Positions 37,323 through 47,328 of a DNA stretch of 64,000 bases are shown here, piece by piece; the first letter of the stretch is position 1; each line of letters opens with the position of its first letter. Made by a program: the position numbers and the translations under genes. The DNA comes from a virus. Location: the IMG/VR virus record IMGVR_UViG_3300021335_000004. One strand, 5' to 3'. The notes beneath the pieces were generated by a model. The model worked only from the letters and a program-made list of their open reading frames with translations, had not been told where the DNA came from and did no database searches.

Positions 37323-38840
37323 CTATTGCGGCAAGTTTCTTCCTGTTGCAATGAATCCCCCAAAATGAATTTGATTATTTCTCAAAGAGCATGCTTCGTA
37401 ATTTTTAGCACAAACATCCTGTGCTGAATCGCCTGTTGTAGAATTACTTACTGTAAAAAACCCATTAGCTGATTTAGTTTTACCATTAGGATAACCAGGA
37501 ATAGTGCCAGTACCATCTGTAGGATATTGACACTCTTCTCCTTTATATACCCATTGACAACTGTTTTTATAAAATCTTCTTTTTGGCAATACAAACTTAA
37601 AAAATTCTAACCAATTACTAAGACTAAACTGAGCTGCTACTCTATTCAAGCCCGCTAAACTTTCTATTTTAAACACATCTTCGACATATGCATGGGGGTC
37701 TCTAGTAGGATTTACGATATAAAGTTTATCTCCTATAATAGTATCTATTGAATTTTTAAGTTGCAAAAAGTTTCCTCTAACTTCTCTAACTTCTGAATGT
37801 TGAGTAGAGCTACCGGCTACGATAACATTATCACCTACTCTATAGGGTAATGTAGAATATACTTCTACTACGTTTGCTCTAGTTTCTCTAACAGTACTAT
37901 ATTCTGGCCAATAATCTAAACAAGCTGAAAAAGTAGTTTTTACTTCTACTATTCCTCCTAATAAGTCTCTAGAATCTTGTTTTAGTTGCTGCCATTCTCC
38001 GTTTACTGCTAAGGTTTGTTCGTATGTAAAAGCAGAATTAGCTTTTCCAGCATATATAGAGTTTAAAATTGTTTCATCATAATCTGTATGGGTTGGGTTA
38101 GTTCTTGGATCAATATTAGATACTACTTGACCACCTACAGTAGCAAATACAGAATTACTAGTATTATTACCAGAAATATATGGATTTTCTACAATTGAGG
38201 CAACCAAATTATCATAATTGGAAATCTCAAGAGTAGTTTGATTAACTCGGCCATCAGAAGAAACATCTACACCACCAAAATTAAGAGGATAAACTAAATA
38301 CTCTACCCCGCCGTGGTGCGCTCTATAGTCAATATCGGATAAAAAATCTCCTTGAATAGAAGCAAAATGATATGGAAAATCTAAAGGCCACGCTAGGCCC
38401 TCTCCATCATTAGAAGGGTTACCAAATTGATTAGGTGGGTAAAACTCTCCAGGATAATATATCGAAACAAGCCTAACTAGAGGAGATTGCTCAGTAGCAT
38501 TTTTAAATGCAGCAAACCCTGTTTCTTCTATAGCATCAACAGTTCTAGAATAAAAACTTGAAGTACTAGAGTAAGCTGGAACACTAAAATCAAGATCTCC
38601 GAAAGATAGATTAGTATTACCACTACTACTAACAATAGATTGAATACTGACTGATTCCGCATCAGTAAAAGTGTGATTAGTATTTGCTACTTTAACTTTA
38701 ATTTTACTATTAGCTTTATCAACATCTACTATTCTTCCTTCGGTAGAAGAACTACTACCTACAACAACGTTTCCGGAAAAATAATTATCTAAACTTCCCC
38801 CAGATAGTGTTAAAGTATAATCATAAACACGTGTGGACAT
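37323..38840 (-). CDS. minor tail protein L-like (Fe-S cluster C-terminus)
   Basis: LPKR.FYKNSCQWVYKGEECQY...DVCAK..EACSLR...FGGF four-Cys gpL signature. Confidence 0.85.
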   Translation of the reverse strand: MSTRVYDYTLTLSGGSLDNYFSGNVVVGSSSSTEGRIVDVDKANSKIKVKVANTNHTFTDAESVSIQSIVSSSGNTNLSFGDLDFSVPAYSSTSSFYSRTVDAIEETGFAAFKNATEQSPLVRLVSIYYPGEFYPPNQFGNPSNDGEGLAWPLDFPYHFASIQGDFLSDIDYRAHHGGVEYLVYPLNFGGVDVSSDGRVNQTTLEISNYDNLVASIVENPYISGNNTSNSVFATVGGQVVSNIDPRTNPTHTDYDETILNSIYAGKANSAFTYEQTLAVNGEWQQLKQDSRDLLGGIVEVKTTFSACLDYWPEYSTVRETRANVVEVYSTLPYRVGDNVIVAGSSTQHSEVREVRGNFLQLKNSIDTIIGDKLYIVNPTRDPHAYVEDVFKIESLAGLNRVAAQFSLSNWLEFFKFVLPKRRFYKNSCQWVYKGEECQYPTDGTGTIPGYPNGKTKSANGFFTVSNSTTGDSAQDVCAKNYEACSLRNNQIHFGGFIATGRNLPQ

Positions 38841-39850
38841 TAATCAAATACCTCAACTAGATCAAAACTAACACTATAGAAATTATCAATAGGGTTATTT
38901 CCTGACGATAATACTTGTTCAATTTGTAAACTACCATCAAACCTTACTGTAACAGTTCCTGGTTCGTTTATATGAGTTAGTTCAAATAAAAATGCTTGAA
39001 ATCCTCCTGATCTTGCTCTATAAAACTCTTCAATAGCTGATTTTACTATTCCAGTAATATTAGTGTAACTAATTGAATATTTTCTTTTAGGGCGTCGGCT
39101 TACCAATCTTCTTTTTTCATAACCTACTTGTGATTCTGCTACGCTATAGTTAAAATTTTCTTCATAGTTAATACCTAACCTATCTGGTTTTCTATCTTTC
39201 ATTGATTCTAGTCTTGAAATACTAAAGTTTTTATTAAAAGTGGTAATAGACATAGTTTCAATACCACCAGAAGGATCAGCAGCAACATTAGAATAAGGAA
39301 TAGTACCTGCAGCATTTGTTCCTATAGTTATTCCCTGTTTTCCTAAAGTAGTAGAAGGAAAAATAAATTCGGAAGCATTTTGAGTAACACCACCAATACT
39401 AACTATAAGATCGTCTTTTGCGTCTATTCTACTATTTCTTGGAAGAGCAAAATTTAACTGGTTTCCGTCTATTGCATAGCTGTTAGAGTTAACACTAACA
39501 TTGGCTCCTGAATAAGTAATTGATTTAACATCTGGAAAACTTCTTAATATTGCCATAGAGGGAGGTATTCTAATTACTCTTAATTCTACATCTAAGCTAG
39601 AAATAGGGGCTTCATCAAAAACAACTGTATTTTTTAAACTTGCATTTAAAGAATTTACATTGCTTAAAGTATATGTGTCAGTAGATTGAACAACACCGTT
39701 TATGAGAGCAATAACTTCTCCTACTTTTTCTGCTGGTTCAGCTAAGTTAAAATTAGTCTGGGTACCAGAAGCGGTATGATTAATTCTAGAAAGAGCAGGA
39801 ATTAATATTGGATTAAAAAGTGCGTCATTAGGATATCTTGCTATTGCCAT
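38840..39850 (-). CDS. distal tail protein (gpM/DUF2460-like) with N-terminal accessory domains
   Basis: Directly after the tape measure gene; C-terminal GYEKRR...PKRKY.ISY...FYRARSG.F..F.F...VRFD. Confidence 0.75.
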   Translation of the reverse strand: MAIARYPNDALFNPILIPALSRINHTASGTQTNFNLAEPAEKVGEVIALINGVVQSTDTYTLSNVNSLNASLKNTVVFDEAPISSLDVELRVIRIPPSMAILRSFPDVKSITYSGANVSVNSNSYAIDGNQLNFALPRNSRIDAKDDLIVSIGGVTQNASEFIFPSTTLGKQGITIGTNAAGTIPYSNVAADPSGGIETMSITTFNKNFSISRLESMKDRKPDRLGINYEENFNYSVAESQVGYEKRRLVSRRPKRKYSISYTNITGIVKSAIEEFYRARSGGFQAFLFELTHINEPGTVTVRFDGSLQIEQVLSSGNNPIDNFYSVSFDLVEVFD

Positions 39851-39852
39851 AA

Positions 39853-42800
39853 TTAACCTCTCATCGCTTTTCTTACACGACCATTATTTTTAATATCTTT
39901 AACAACCAAATCAATAATCATTTGACCTGTATCAGTCCTCACTTGAGTAGTTTCTACTTGCTGAGGTGTTCCATTATTTTGAACATTTACAACTACATTA
40001 TTACCAGAATTCATTTTGCCAGTTGCATTAAGTTGATTAAGAGCTGATCCTCCAATAGCTTTAGCAGCTGGTTTTCTTATAACAAACTCTCCAGGCTCTA
40101 GTAAAGCAGGCACTCTGTCTCTTCTAGCAACAACAGAACCACCCCCAGCGTATCCCTGAACTTTATTACCAAAAGGTACTGAGCCGCCGTGTGCTGCTCC
40201 AGCCCCAAAAGAAGCTACTGCTTTTTGAATAGCAATTTCTAAAAACATTTGTGCAAAAGTAGCAATCATAGCAGTTTTGAAATCACCAGTAGCCGCCGCA
40301 ACTGTAGCAAAAGTAGCTACTGTAGCTCCAGATATATTATCTAAAAACCCAGTAGTTTGTTCTTGTGTGCCTTGTAATAAATCAGCAGTTTTTTTCTTTT
40401 CTGCATTAACATCAAGACCTCTATCAGAACCGACTATTGTGCCTCCATGTCTTAAAGCAATAGGATCAGTGACAGCACTCGATGCTCCGCCGGTTAATCT
40501 AGCAGAAGCGTCAGCTGATCTACCTGTGTTAGTTCCTGATGCAGCACTAATTCCGCCAGAAAGTGTTTGGTTTAGTTGTTTTAAGGTCATATTAAGATCT
40601 TCTAGAACTTTACGTTGTTGGGCTTCCAACTGATCTTTAGCTTTATCTGCAAACCCTGATAATCCAGGAAGCTTGGTAATACTTTCTTTAAGATAATCAG
40701 TAATAGGAGTTACAAGACCTTCTTGAATAATGCTCTTTTGAATATCCGCTAATATATTGTATAGAAATTGATTAAAGCCATCTCTGAAACCTTTTAAAGT
40801 TAGAGTACCTTTAGCAATTGATTCAAATAAAGATTCTAAAGACCCTTGCAAATTAGTTTCAAATGATTGAACAAATGTAGAAACTACAGCAGCTAACATA
40901 CTATTACTTGCTTCTATTTGAGCAAGAAAAACACTAAAACCTACTGTAAGATTTTGTATAGCCGCTTCAGTTTCCTTATATTTTATTTCAACACTTTTTA
41001 ATAGAGCAGCTCTTTCTTCTTCTAAAGCATTTGTTCTTGCTTGCCCTTTGTTTGCATTAATTTGTGCTTGAGCAGCATTATTTGTAGCATTAGCACTTGC
41101 CCTGACAGCTTTTTCATATTTAGTAATAGCAACCTGATAATCTTTTTGAAGATCATTGCTTATACGTTGTGCACCGCTTAAGTCATTTAAAGCAGCTATT
41201 CCCCCAGTTTGAATTCTTACAAATTCTTTTCTGACTTCCTCAAGACTGTCAGCTTTAAAGTCCTGTAATCCTAAAGTCTTACCTAGCTGCGTTGGGCTTG
41301 TTTTTGGGTCTACTTTAGCAAATGCTTCCTGAAATCTAGATTGGGCTAAAGCCTCAGCGATACCTTTAACATGTCCTTTATAAAGCTCTCCCTCTTGTAT
41401 AATGAAATTAGCTCTTCTTTCAAAACTTTCTCTTTGTAATCTTGACGAGGCTATCTGTGCTTCTGCTGTTTTTTGAGCAACATCTGCTTGTTTCTCAAAA
41501 GCTACTTTTTGTAATCTTTGAGTCTCTATCTCTACTTTAATTTTATTATCTAATATTTTTGCTTGAAGAGCAGTAGATTTTGCAAAAGAATTAAATTCAG
41601 CTATTAAATCAGCTAAAGAGTCTTCAAAAGCTCTTGTTTCAAGTTCAATTTTTAATTCTCTTTTTTGTGAAGAACTTAATAATGCTCCTAAAGGAGTACC
41701 GCTCAAAGCTTCTTGAAGTGTTAACTCAAAATCTCTAGCTGTTCTATTAACTTCATTTAAAGCTGAGGCTAATTGTCTACTTTGTTGAACTTGTTTAATT
41801 TGAACAGTCAATGATTGATTTCTGAGATCATAATTAGATTTTAATAGTTCTTGTGCCTGTTTATTTAAAGTAATAAATGTTTTATCATTAAGCTCTCTAG
41901 CTTGTTTTGTTAATTGACTGGTTTGTTTTTTAAGTTCATCTGTAATTTTTTTCTGTGCTTGGAAATTTTTCTCAGCTGCACCAACTAAGGCTTTTCTCGT
42001 AGTTAACAGCAATACTTCTAAATCTTTGGTTCTTTGACCTTCATCACCGCTTTCTTTAGCGATGGCTAATTCAAGTTGTGCGTTTGCTACTGTTTCTTTT
42101 AAATACCTGACCTGATTTAACCTTCTCTCTTCAGCCGTTGCAGCAAACTTACCTTCTTTGTCAGCATAACCAAGTAAAGATTCATAAGCTTTTATTTCGG
42201 CACCAAATACTTGTACTATTTTTTTTCTTTCTGTAACAAGCACACTAGTTTGTTCAGTCTGAATTTTTAATATTTCTGCCGCTTGTTTAAGAGTAGATAG
42301 TGCCTTTTGATTTTCTTCATTTAAATTACCTAAAGACTCAAGCTCTTTAATTCTTGTTAATATACCTGATAGTTGTCTTGCAGAATCTTCCGCGTTAGTT
42401 AATCCTTTTTGAAAATCTCCAGCTAGTTTAGTCACAGAAACAAGTGTTTCTTGTATTTTTTTACTTCCAGTAGCGTCTGTTTCAAATTTAAAACCTTTTT
42501 GAAGAGTCTCTGCAATTGCGTCAGTAAAAGCTGGTGCTAATTCATTTTTTATAGCTAATCTAAATTTGTCACTATTAGCACCTACACCTTTGATAAGCTC
42601 AGTTTCAAATTTGTCAGTAATTTGTTGACCTGCAATACCTAGAGAATCTGCTAAGGCTCCTATTTGCTCTACTCCAGCTCCTTCAGCATTTTTAACCGCG
42701 TTTATAATTGCTAGTTGTATAGCGCTAGCAAGAGGTTTTTCTGCTTCACTAAAATCTTTTGCACTTTTTCCAAGAAGTGATTCAATAGCGTCTTGTGCTA

Positions 42801-44580
42801 TTTTTGCAGTTTGGGTGTTGTCTGCTCCTGATTTTATAGCAGTAGAAACACTAGATTGAATGGTTTTTTCTATATCGTCTGCTTTAATTTGTTCTGTAAT
42901 TGTTTTACTAAATGGTCCGAATCCTATATCTATTTTTATTTCCATACCATCAAAGTTTTTTAATTCTTTTTGTGCTTGTATTGCGCTGTTTGTAATAGCT
43001 GTTATACCTTCTGCTGCTTCTTTCGACCCGCCGTTAGCTGTTTTTAAATATCTACCAAATGTTGTTAAAACTCTGTTTAGTTTTTCTGTAACACCTAACC
43101 AGTCAGAGAGTACTGACACTACAGCTGCTATAGCAGTACCGAATAGAACAAGAAAGTTAACTATTCTTCCTATAATACCTAAAGCTTTACCGATACCTCT
43201 TATACTTTTTTCTACAAATAGTAGACTTTTAGCAGTGGTTCTTGCAATAATACCTTGTCTTTTTAGAACTACGTTTGTTCTTTGAATAGCTGCGGCTAAT
43301 TGTATTTCAGAAGCTGTTCTTGATTTTAATTGGCCTTCTAATGTCTTAGTACTTCTACCAGCCGCTTTAGCTGTTGCTATGCGTTTTTCTAAATCTTTAA
43401 TTGTTTTTTTAACAGCAGCTTGTTCTCTTAGCAAAGCTTTTTCTAATCTATTAACTCCTGCTATATCTAAATTACCTTCTCTGCCTTTTTGTACAAGGCC
43501 TGAAATATCTGCTTTACCGTCTTTAGTAAGTCTAGACAATTCAAAACTTTTAGGGTCTAATCCTTTTTGAAGATTTTTTAGAGAAGCGGTAGCTTTTTTA
43601 GTACTTGTAGTCCAGGCATTAATCTTATTAATACCTGTATCTATGTAAGCAGACATGCCAGCAAAAGTTTTTGTACCGAAACTGCCAAGTTCTCTTAATG
43701 CGACACCAAAAACTTTTACTCCTACAACAGCGAATAAAGTAACTTTGGCTAATAGATTTTCTGTAAAAAATTCTGCTAGTGGAGCTAAATATTTAGTTAA
43801 CACGCTGCCTATATTATAACCCAGATCTATAAAAGAAGCAGAAAAAGCTTCAAATGCCTCTGCAGTAGTAGGAGTTACAGTATTAATAGCTCCAAATTTA
43901 CGCTGACCTTCTTCGATAGCCGCGTTTACAAAAGCCTGTCTTCTTTCAAATGATGTAAGGGAAGCGGCGGATTTGCCTAAAGATACCGCGTAAGCTTCTA
44001 CGGCTGGTTCTATTCTAGTAAAAATACCAAGTTCGTCCAAAAGTTCTGGTTCTAGTTTCGCAGTACCTCTAGTTAATCGGGTAAGAGCATCAGTTAAATT
44101 TCTTCCTAAAGCTCTTGATGCTTTAAGAGAAACCTGTGTTAATCCTTCAATTTGTGTTTGATTGAATCCCGCTGATAAAGCGATGTTTACAGATCTAGAA
44201 GCCTCAATTAATGTTAATTGTCCTTTAGTAATTTCTCTAACACTATTAAGAATTTCTGTACCATTAGCACCTACAGCGGCTGCTAAAGTATTAGTACCTT
44301 GAATAATTTGATCAAATTGAGCAGCCGCAGATAGAGCTGAAAAAGCTTGTTGAAGTGCGAAAACTGTTGCAGCAGCACCAGCATAAGCAGACACTAAACC
44401 ACCTAAACCTTGAGATTGGGCAGCAAATTGTCTTCCTGAAGAAGCAGATGCTTTACCTAGATTTTGTTGAGCCCTAATAGTTTTATTTTGTGAATCACCT
44501 AAAGTTTTAACTTCACTAGCAGCTTTTTTAAAACCTTTAGCTTCTGCTTTTATAGTAACTTTTTGTATTTTAGCTGCCAT
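39853..44580 (-). CDS. tape measure protein
   Basis: 1575 aa, Ala/Lys/Gln-rich helical; T5 pb2-like N-terminus GRQFAAQSQGLGGLV.AYA, KLEPELLDELGI; C-terminal DRVPALLEPGEFVI. Confidence 0.93.
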   Translation of the reverse strand: MAAKIQKVTIKAEAKGFKKAASEVKTLGDSQNKTIRAQQNLGKASASSGRQFAAQSQGLGGLVSAYAGAAATVFALQQAFSALSAAAQFDQIIQGTNTLAAAVGANGTEILNSVREITKGQLTLIEASRSVNIALSAGFNQTQIEGLTQVSLKASRALGRNLTDALTRLTRGTAKLEPELLDELGIFTRIEPAVEAYAVSLGKSAASLTSFERRQAFVNAAIEEGQRKFGAINTVTPTTAEAFEAFSASFIDLGYNIGSVLTKYLAPLAEFFTENLLAKVTLFAVVGVKVFGVALRELGSFGTKTFAGMSAYIDTGINKINAWTTSTKKATASLKNLQKGLDPKSFELSRLTKDGKADISGLVQKGREGNLDIAGVNRLEKALLREQAAVKKTIKDLEKRIATAKAAGRSTKTLEGQLKSRTASEIQLAAAIQRTNVVLKRQGIIARTTAKSLLFVEKSIRGIGKALGIIGRIVNFLVLFGTAIAAVVSVLSDWLGVTEKLNRVLTTFGRYLKTANGGSKEAAEGITAITNSAIQAQKELKNFDGMEIKIDIGFGPFSKTITEQIKADDIEKTIQSSVSTAIKSGADNTQTAKIAQDAIESLLGKSAKDFSEAEKPLASAIQLAIINAVKNAEGAGVEQIGALADSLGIAGQQITDKFETELIKGVGANSDKFRLAIKNELAPAFTDAIAETLQKGFKFETDATGSKKIQETLVSVTKLAGDFQKGLTNAEDSARQLSGILTRIKELESLGNLNEENQKALSTLKQAAEILKIQTEQTSVLVTERKKIVQVFGAEIKAYESLLGYADKEGKFAATAEERRLNQVRYLKETVANAQLELAIAKESGDEGQRTKDLEVLLLTTRKALVGAAEKNFQAQKKITDELKKQTSQLTKQARELNDKTFITLNKQAQELLKSNYDLRNQSLTVQIKQVQQSRQLASALNEVNRTARDFELTLQEALSGTPLGALLSSSQKRELKIELETRAFEDSLADLIAEFNSFAKSTALQAKILDNKIKVEIETQRLQKVAFEKQADVAQKTAEAQIASSRLQRESFERRANFIIQEGELYKGHVKGIAEALAQSRFQEAFAKVDPKTSPTQLGKTLGLQDFKADSLEEVRKEFVRIQTGGIAALNDLSGAQRISNDLQKDYQVAITKYEKAVRASANATNNAAQAQINANKGQARTNALEEERAALLKSVEIKYKETEAAIQNLTVGFSVFLAQIEASNSMLAAVVSTFVQSFETNLQGSLESLFESIAKGTLTLKGFRDGFNQFLYNILADIQKSIIQEGLVTPITDYLKESITKLPGLSGFADKAKDQLEAQQRKVLEDLNMTLKQLNQTLSGGISAASGTNTGRSADASARLTGGASSAVTDPIALRHGGTIVGSDRGLDVNAEKKKTADLLQGTQEQTTGFLDNISGATVATFATVAAATGDFKTAMIATFAQMFLEIAIQKAVASFGAGAAHGGSVPFGNKVQGYAGGGSVVARRDRVPALLEPGEFVIRKPAAKAIGGSALNQLNATGKMNSGNNVVVNVQNNGTPQQVETTQVRTDTGQMIIDLVVKDIKNNGRVRKAMRG

Positions 44581-44591
44581 TTGTTACATCC

Positions 44592-44960
44592 CTACCTCGT
44601 TTTACTTTTAGCTCTAGCTTCTGCTTGTTTACGTTGTTGTTCGTAATGTTTACCATATTCCTGAATACAGATTTGTAGCATTTCAAAAGTATCTTTCCAA
44701 TCTATCATCTGATATATATTCATTATATCTGTTAAACCTGCATATTCTTTTCCAAGCCAAACACCACTCATTCCCTCAACTTTATCTGGCAAGATATTCA
44801 TAAGAATTAAGGCTTGTTGAGCAGATATTGACAAATCGCTAGGGTCTAAAGGCTCATCATCAAAATCAGTCCAACCCATTTGATCAGCCATTTGCCAGTA
44901 TACTTCTTTACTAATACCACCCCCAACAAAACTAGTTTGAAGGTAGTGTATTAGTTTTTT
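44592..44960 (-). CDS. tail assembly chaperone GT extension (reached by -1 frameshift)
   Basis: The -1 frame is open from the A AAA AAC slippery site into ORF 44592-44891. Confidence 0.75.
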   Translation of the reverse strand, partial: KKLIHYLQTSFVGGGISKEVYWQMADQMGWTDFDDEPLDPSDLSISAQQALILMNILPDKVEGMSGVWLGKEYAGLTDIMNIYQMIDWKDTFEMLQICIQEYGKHYEQQRKQAEARAKSKTR

Positions 44961-45382
44961 TCCGCAGTCTCTTTCTTCTTAGTAGAAAAAGTTTCTAAAT
45001 CACTCATACAATCAGTAACAAACTGATCAAAAAGTGAAGAGTTTTTAATTAAGAATAAAGCTTCTTCTTCTGAATAAGGAATTGTTTCATCTAATTTAGA
45101 ACTAGATAAATCAACTGGCAATAAGTTAGGAAGATCTTTCATTTTTAAACCTTTCCAACCTCTAATAGCTTTTTTTGTATACGCTTCTAAGAATTTATCG
45201 TTATCGATTTCTTCTTCTCTTTGACGAGTGCGTTTATTAAAAGCGTATTTTAAACTTGCATTTCTAATTTTAACTAAGTCTTCTCTATTTAGATAAGCAA
45301 TCTTAATAAAAAAACCTTCAATATCTGGATATTCTACTTCTGAAATTGTTTCAGTTGCAATTAAATTTTGAATTTTACTCAT
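44951..45382 (-). CDS. tail assembly chaperone (gpG-like)
   Basis: Lies between the tail tube and tape measure genes; ends GCG GAA AAA AAC TAA. Confidence 0.85.
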   Translation of the reverse strand: MSKIQNLIATETISEVEYPDIEGFFIKIAYLNREDLVKIRNASLKYAFNKRTRQREEEIDNDKFLEAYTKKAIRGWKGLKMKDLPNLLPVDLSSSKLDETIPYSEEEALFLIKNSSLFDQFVTDCMSDLETFSTKKKETAEKN

Positions 45383-45403
45383 TTTTCCCCCTAGTTAGGT
45401 TAT

Positions 45404-45503
45404 AAAAAAAGGGTGTTCATCATATATTAGCTTAGGCTAAGCTGAGGGGGAAGCTTGCTTTCGCTGATGATGAACACCCACATGAAATTTATTACCCCCT
45501 CAG
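45404..45503 (-). ncRNA. structured cis-regulatory RNA / terminator after the major tail gene
   Basis: 13-bp stem GGGTGTTCATCAT/ATGATGAACACCC followed by T7, interleaved with a 9-bp CTGAGGGGG/CCCCCTCAG pairing. Confidence 0.6.
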
Positions 45504-45516
45504 ATAATATCATATA

Positions 45517-46821
45517 TTAATTATTGTCACTCTTTACAAAGAACTGAATTTCGTCTCCACCACCTCTTTGCTTTTCTTGTGCAAGAAAATCAACTGACAT
45601 TCCGAGAACATCATCAATTTGATGAACTGGGAAATTAAACTGAACAGCCGGCATATTGATATGTAAATATGGAGCTACACCACCGCCAATTTGGATATTG
45701 GCAGAACTGGTAGACGCATGTGACACACGAGAATCGTTAACAACTTTATTCAAGAACTGTGCTGAGTTAGCTCTAACAGAGGTCTCAGAGGCAGATCTTA
45801 GATATGCTGTAAATGAACCAGTAATTGTTCTAGATCCAGTAAACTGTCCAATTGGAGTATTCAATGCTGCTAGCTCTTCAGGTGTTAAGTATGTAACATC
45901 ATTTGAATAGCTGAAAGATAGTCCTGTTACTGGGAACGAGTAAATATTCGCTCCTTCTATAGCACTTCCTTGGTGACTAATAGAAATCGCACTTAAGCGG
46001 TTTTTAATAAAGTCAACAGTATAAGTACTACCCTCTACATTCATAGTAGCATAAGGATGATGAGCAGCTTCTGCGTCCATACTAATACTAGCATTAGGAG
46101 TAACAGTAGATCCATCGTTTCCAACACCACCAAATACTGCAATAGCCTTAGCTCTTGCATCTCCAGTAAGTTCTACCATCTCGGTACCAAAACCGCTCCA
46201 GGTAGTAGTAGCAATTCCATCAACAGAAGCGTCGATTTCACCAGTATTAACAATAGCACTTTTAACTTGGTATACAAGGTTATCAAGCTTAAAATACATA
46301 TGATTTTCTTGTGCAATAGCGAAGTTTGATCTACTTGAGTGGGTATTAGCAGAACCTGCTGTATTAGCAGATGCTAACTTAGCAGAACTAGTAGCTGTAT
46401 CATAGTGCCAAATAGATTGCTCTCCGCCGTTAGAAGATGCGGGCTTAGTGTTACTTACAAGAGCTTGCCAGAGATACCAATCAGCAACAGGTTTAGTATT
46501 GCCTGTTTCTGCAAGACCAGTTCCTTGTGAGCCATTGTTTACTTCTGCTCCTGTAGGGCGTAAATATGTTTGGAAATTCCATTCCACGGGGTTTCTTGCT
46601 GTGTTAAAGCGCTGAACGCTTCTATCTGGGTCTAATCCACTTTCTAATGAAGTGATATCTTGCACCGCAGAATCAGCAGAAAGTGCATATCCAGCTAGAA
46701 CCTCAATTCTCCAAGTATTTTGAGGGGTAAGGTCAGTAGCTGCGGTAGCACTTAGACTTAGATCTTCTACAGAGTAGAAGACTTTAGTATTTCTTTGTAG
46801 GTTTAGCTGAGTACCTGCCAT
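45517..46821 (-). CDS. major tail tube protein (T5 pb6-like)
   Basis: LQRNTKVF.S, TW.IEVL.GY, RFNTA.NPVEW.F.TYLRP, N..TYLTPEEL..LN.PIG.FTG.R.ITGS.TAYL; AAGGAG RBS. Confidence 0.9.
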   Translation of the reverse strand: MAGTQLNLQRNTKVFYSVEDLSLSATAATDLTPQNTWRIEVLAGYALSADSAVQDITSLESGLDPDRSVQRFNTARNPVEWNFQTYLRPTGAEVNNGSQGTGLAETGNTKPVADWYLWQALVSNTKPASSNGGEQSIWHYDTATSSAKLASANTAGSANTHSSRSNFAIAQENHMYFKLDNLVYQVKSAIVNTGEIDASVDGIATTTWSGFGTEMVELTGDARAKAIAVFGGVGNDGSTVTPNASISMDAEAAHHPYATMNVEGSTYTVDFIKNRLSAISISHQGSAIEGANIYSFPVTGLSFSYSNDVTYLTPEELAALNTPIGQFTGSRTITGSFTAYLRSASETSVRANSAQFLNKVVNDSRVSHASTSSANIQIGGGVAPYLHINMPAVQFNFPVHQIDDVLGMSVDFLAQEKQRGGGDEIQFFVKSDNN

Positions 46822-46831
46822 TTTTAACTCC

Positions 46832-47284
46832 TTAGTTTTCTATATCTAATTCATAATCAATTATAATTTCTATTTCTGATATTCCGTAAGGTTTTACTAA
46901 TCCCTCATCAGTATCTATACTAGAAATAATTATATCACGGATACTGTAAACTCCAGTATCTAAGTTGTATATTATGTGTTCTATGTCTTGAATCAAACTA
47001 TCTAAACTACCAGACGATTCTTCATCATTGACATAAATTCTAAGAGTTAGTGGTATTAAACCTGTGGTATTACCTGAAGTATTGTATACCCTAACTTCTT
47101 CTCCGACTTGAAAAAATATTGATGGAAAGTCATTTACTTCATCTAAAAATTTTACTTTTCTAAATACATTGCTAAATATATTGTTTTGAAAAGTATAATT
47201 AGAGTTTAATGAAGAAATAGACCCATCTATAAGTTTTAAATTTGTAAGAATATGGTTTATTATGTTTCTTCTTTGATTCGACAT
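46832..47284 (-). CDS. tail terminator protein (T5 p142-like)
   Basis: FLDEVNDFPSI, TDEGLVKPYG; synteny. Confidence 0.8.
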   Translation of the reverse strand: MSNQRRNIINHILTNLKLIDGSISSLNSNYTFQNNIFSNVFRKVKFLDEVNDFPSIFFQVGEEVRVYNTSGNTTGLIPLTLRIYVNDEESSGSLDSLIQDIEHIIYNLDTGVYSIRDIIISSIDTDEGLVKPYGISEIEIIIDYELDIEN

Positions 47285-47288
47285 TATT

Positions 47289-47317
47289 AGTATAACACCT
47301 TAAACTTGTGCTGGCAA
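47289..47317 (-). promoter_or_regulatory. sigma70-type promoter, probably leaderless transcript
   Basis: TTGCCA-17 nt-TATACT-aata-ATG with extended TG. Confidence 0.65.
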
Positions 47318-47328
47318 ATTAAAAATTT

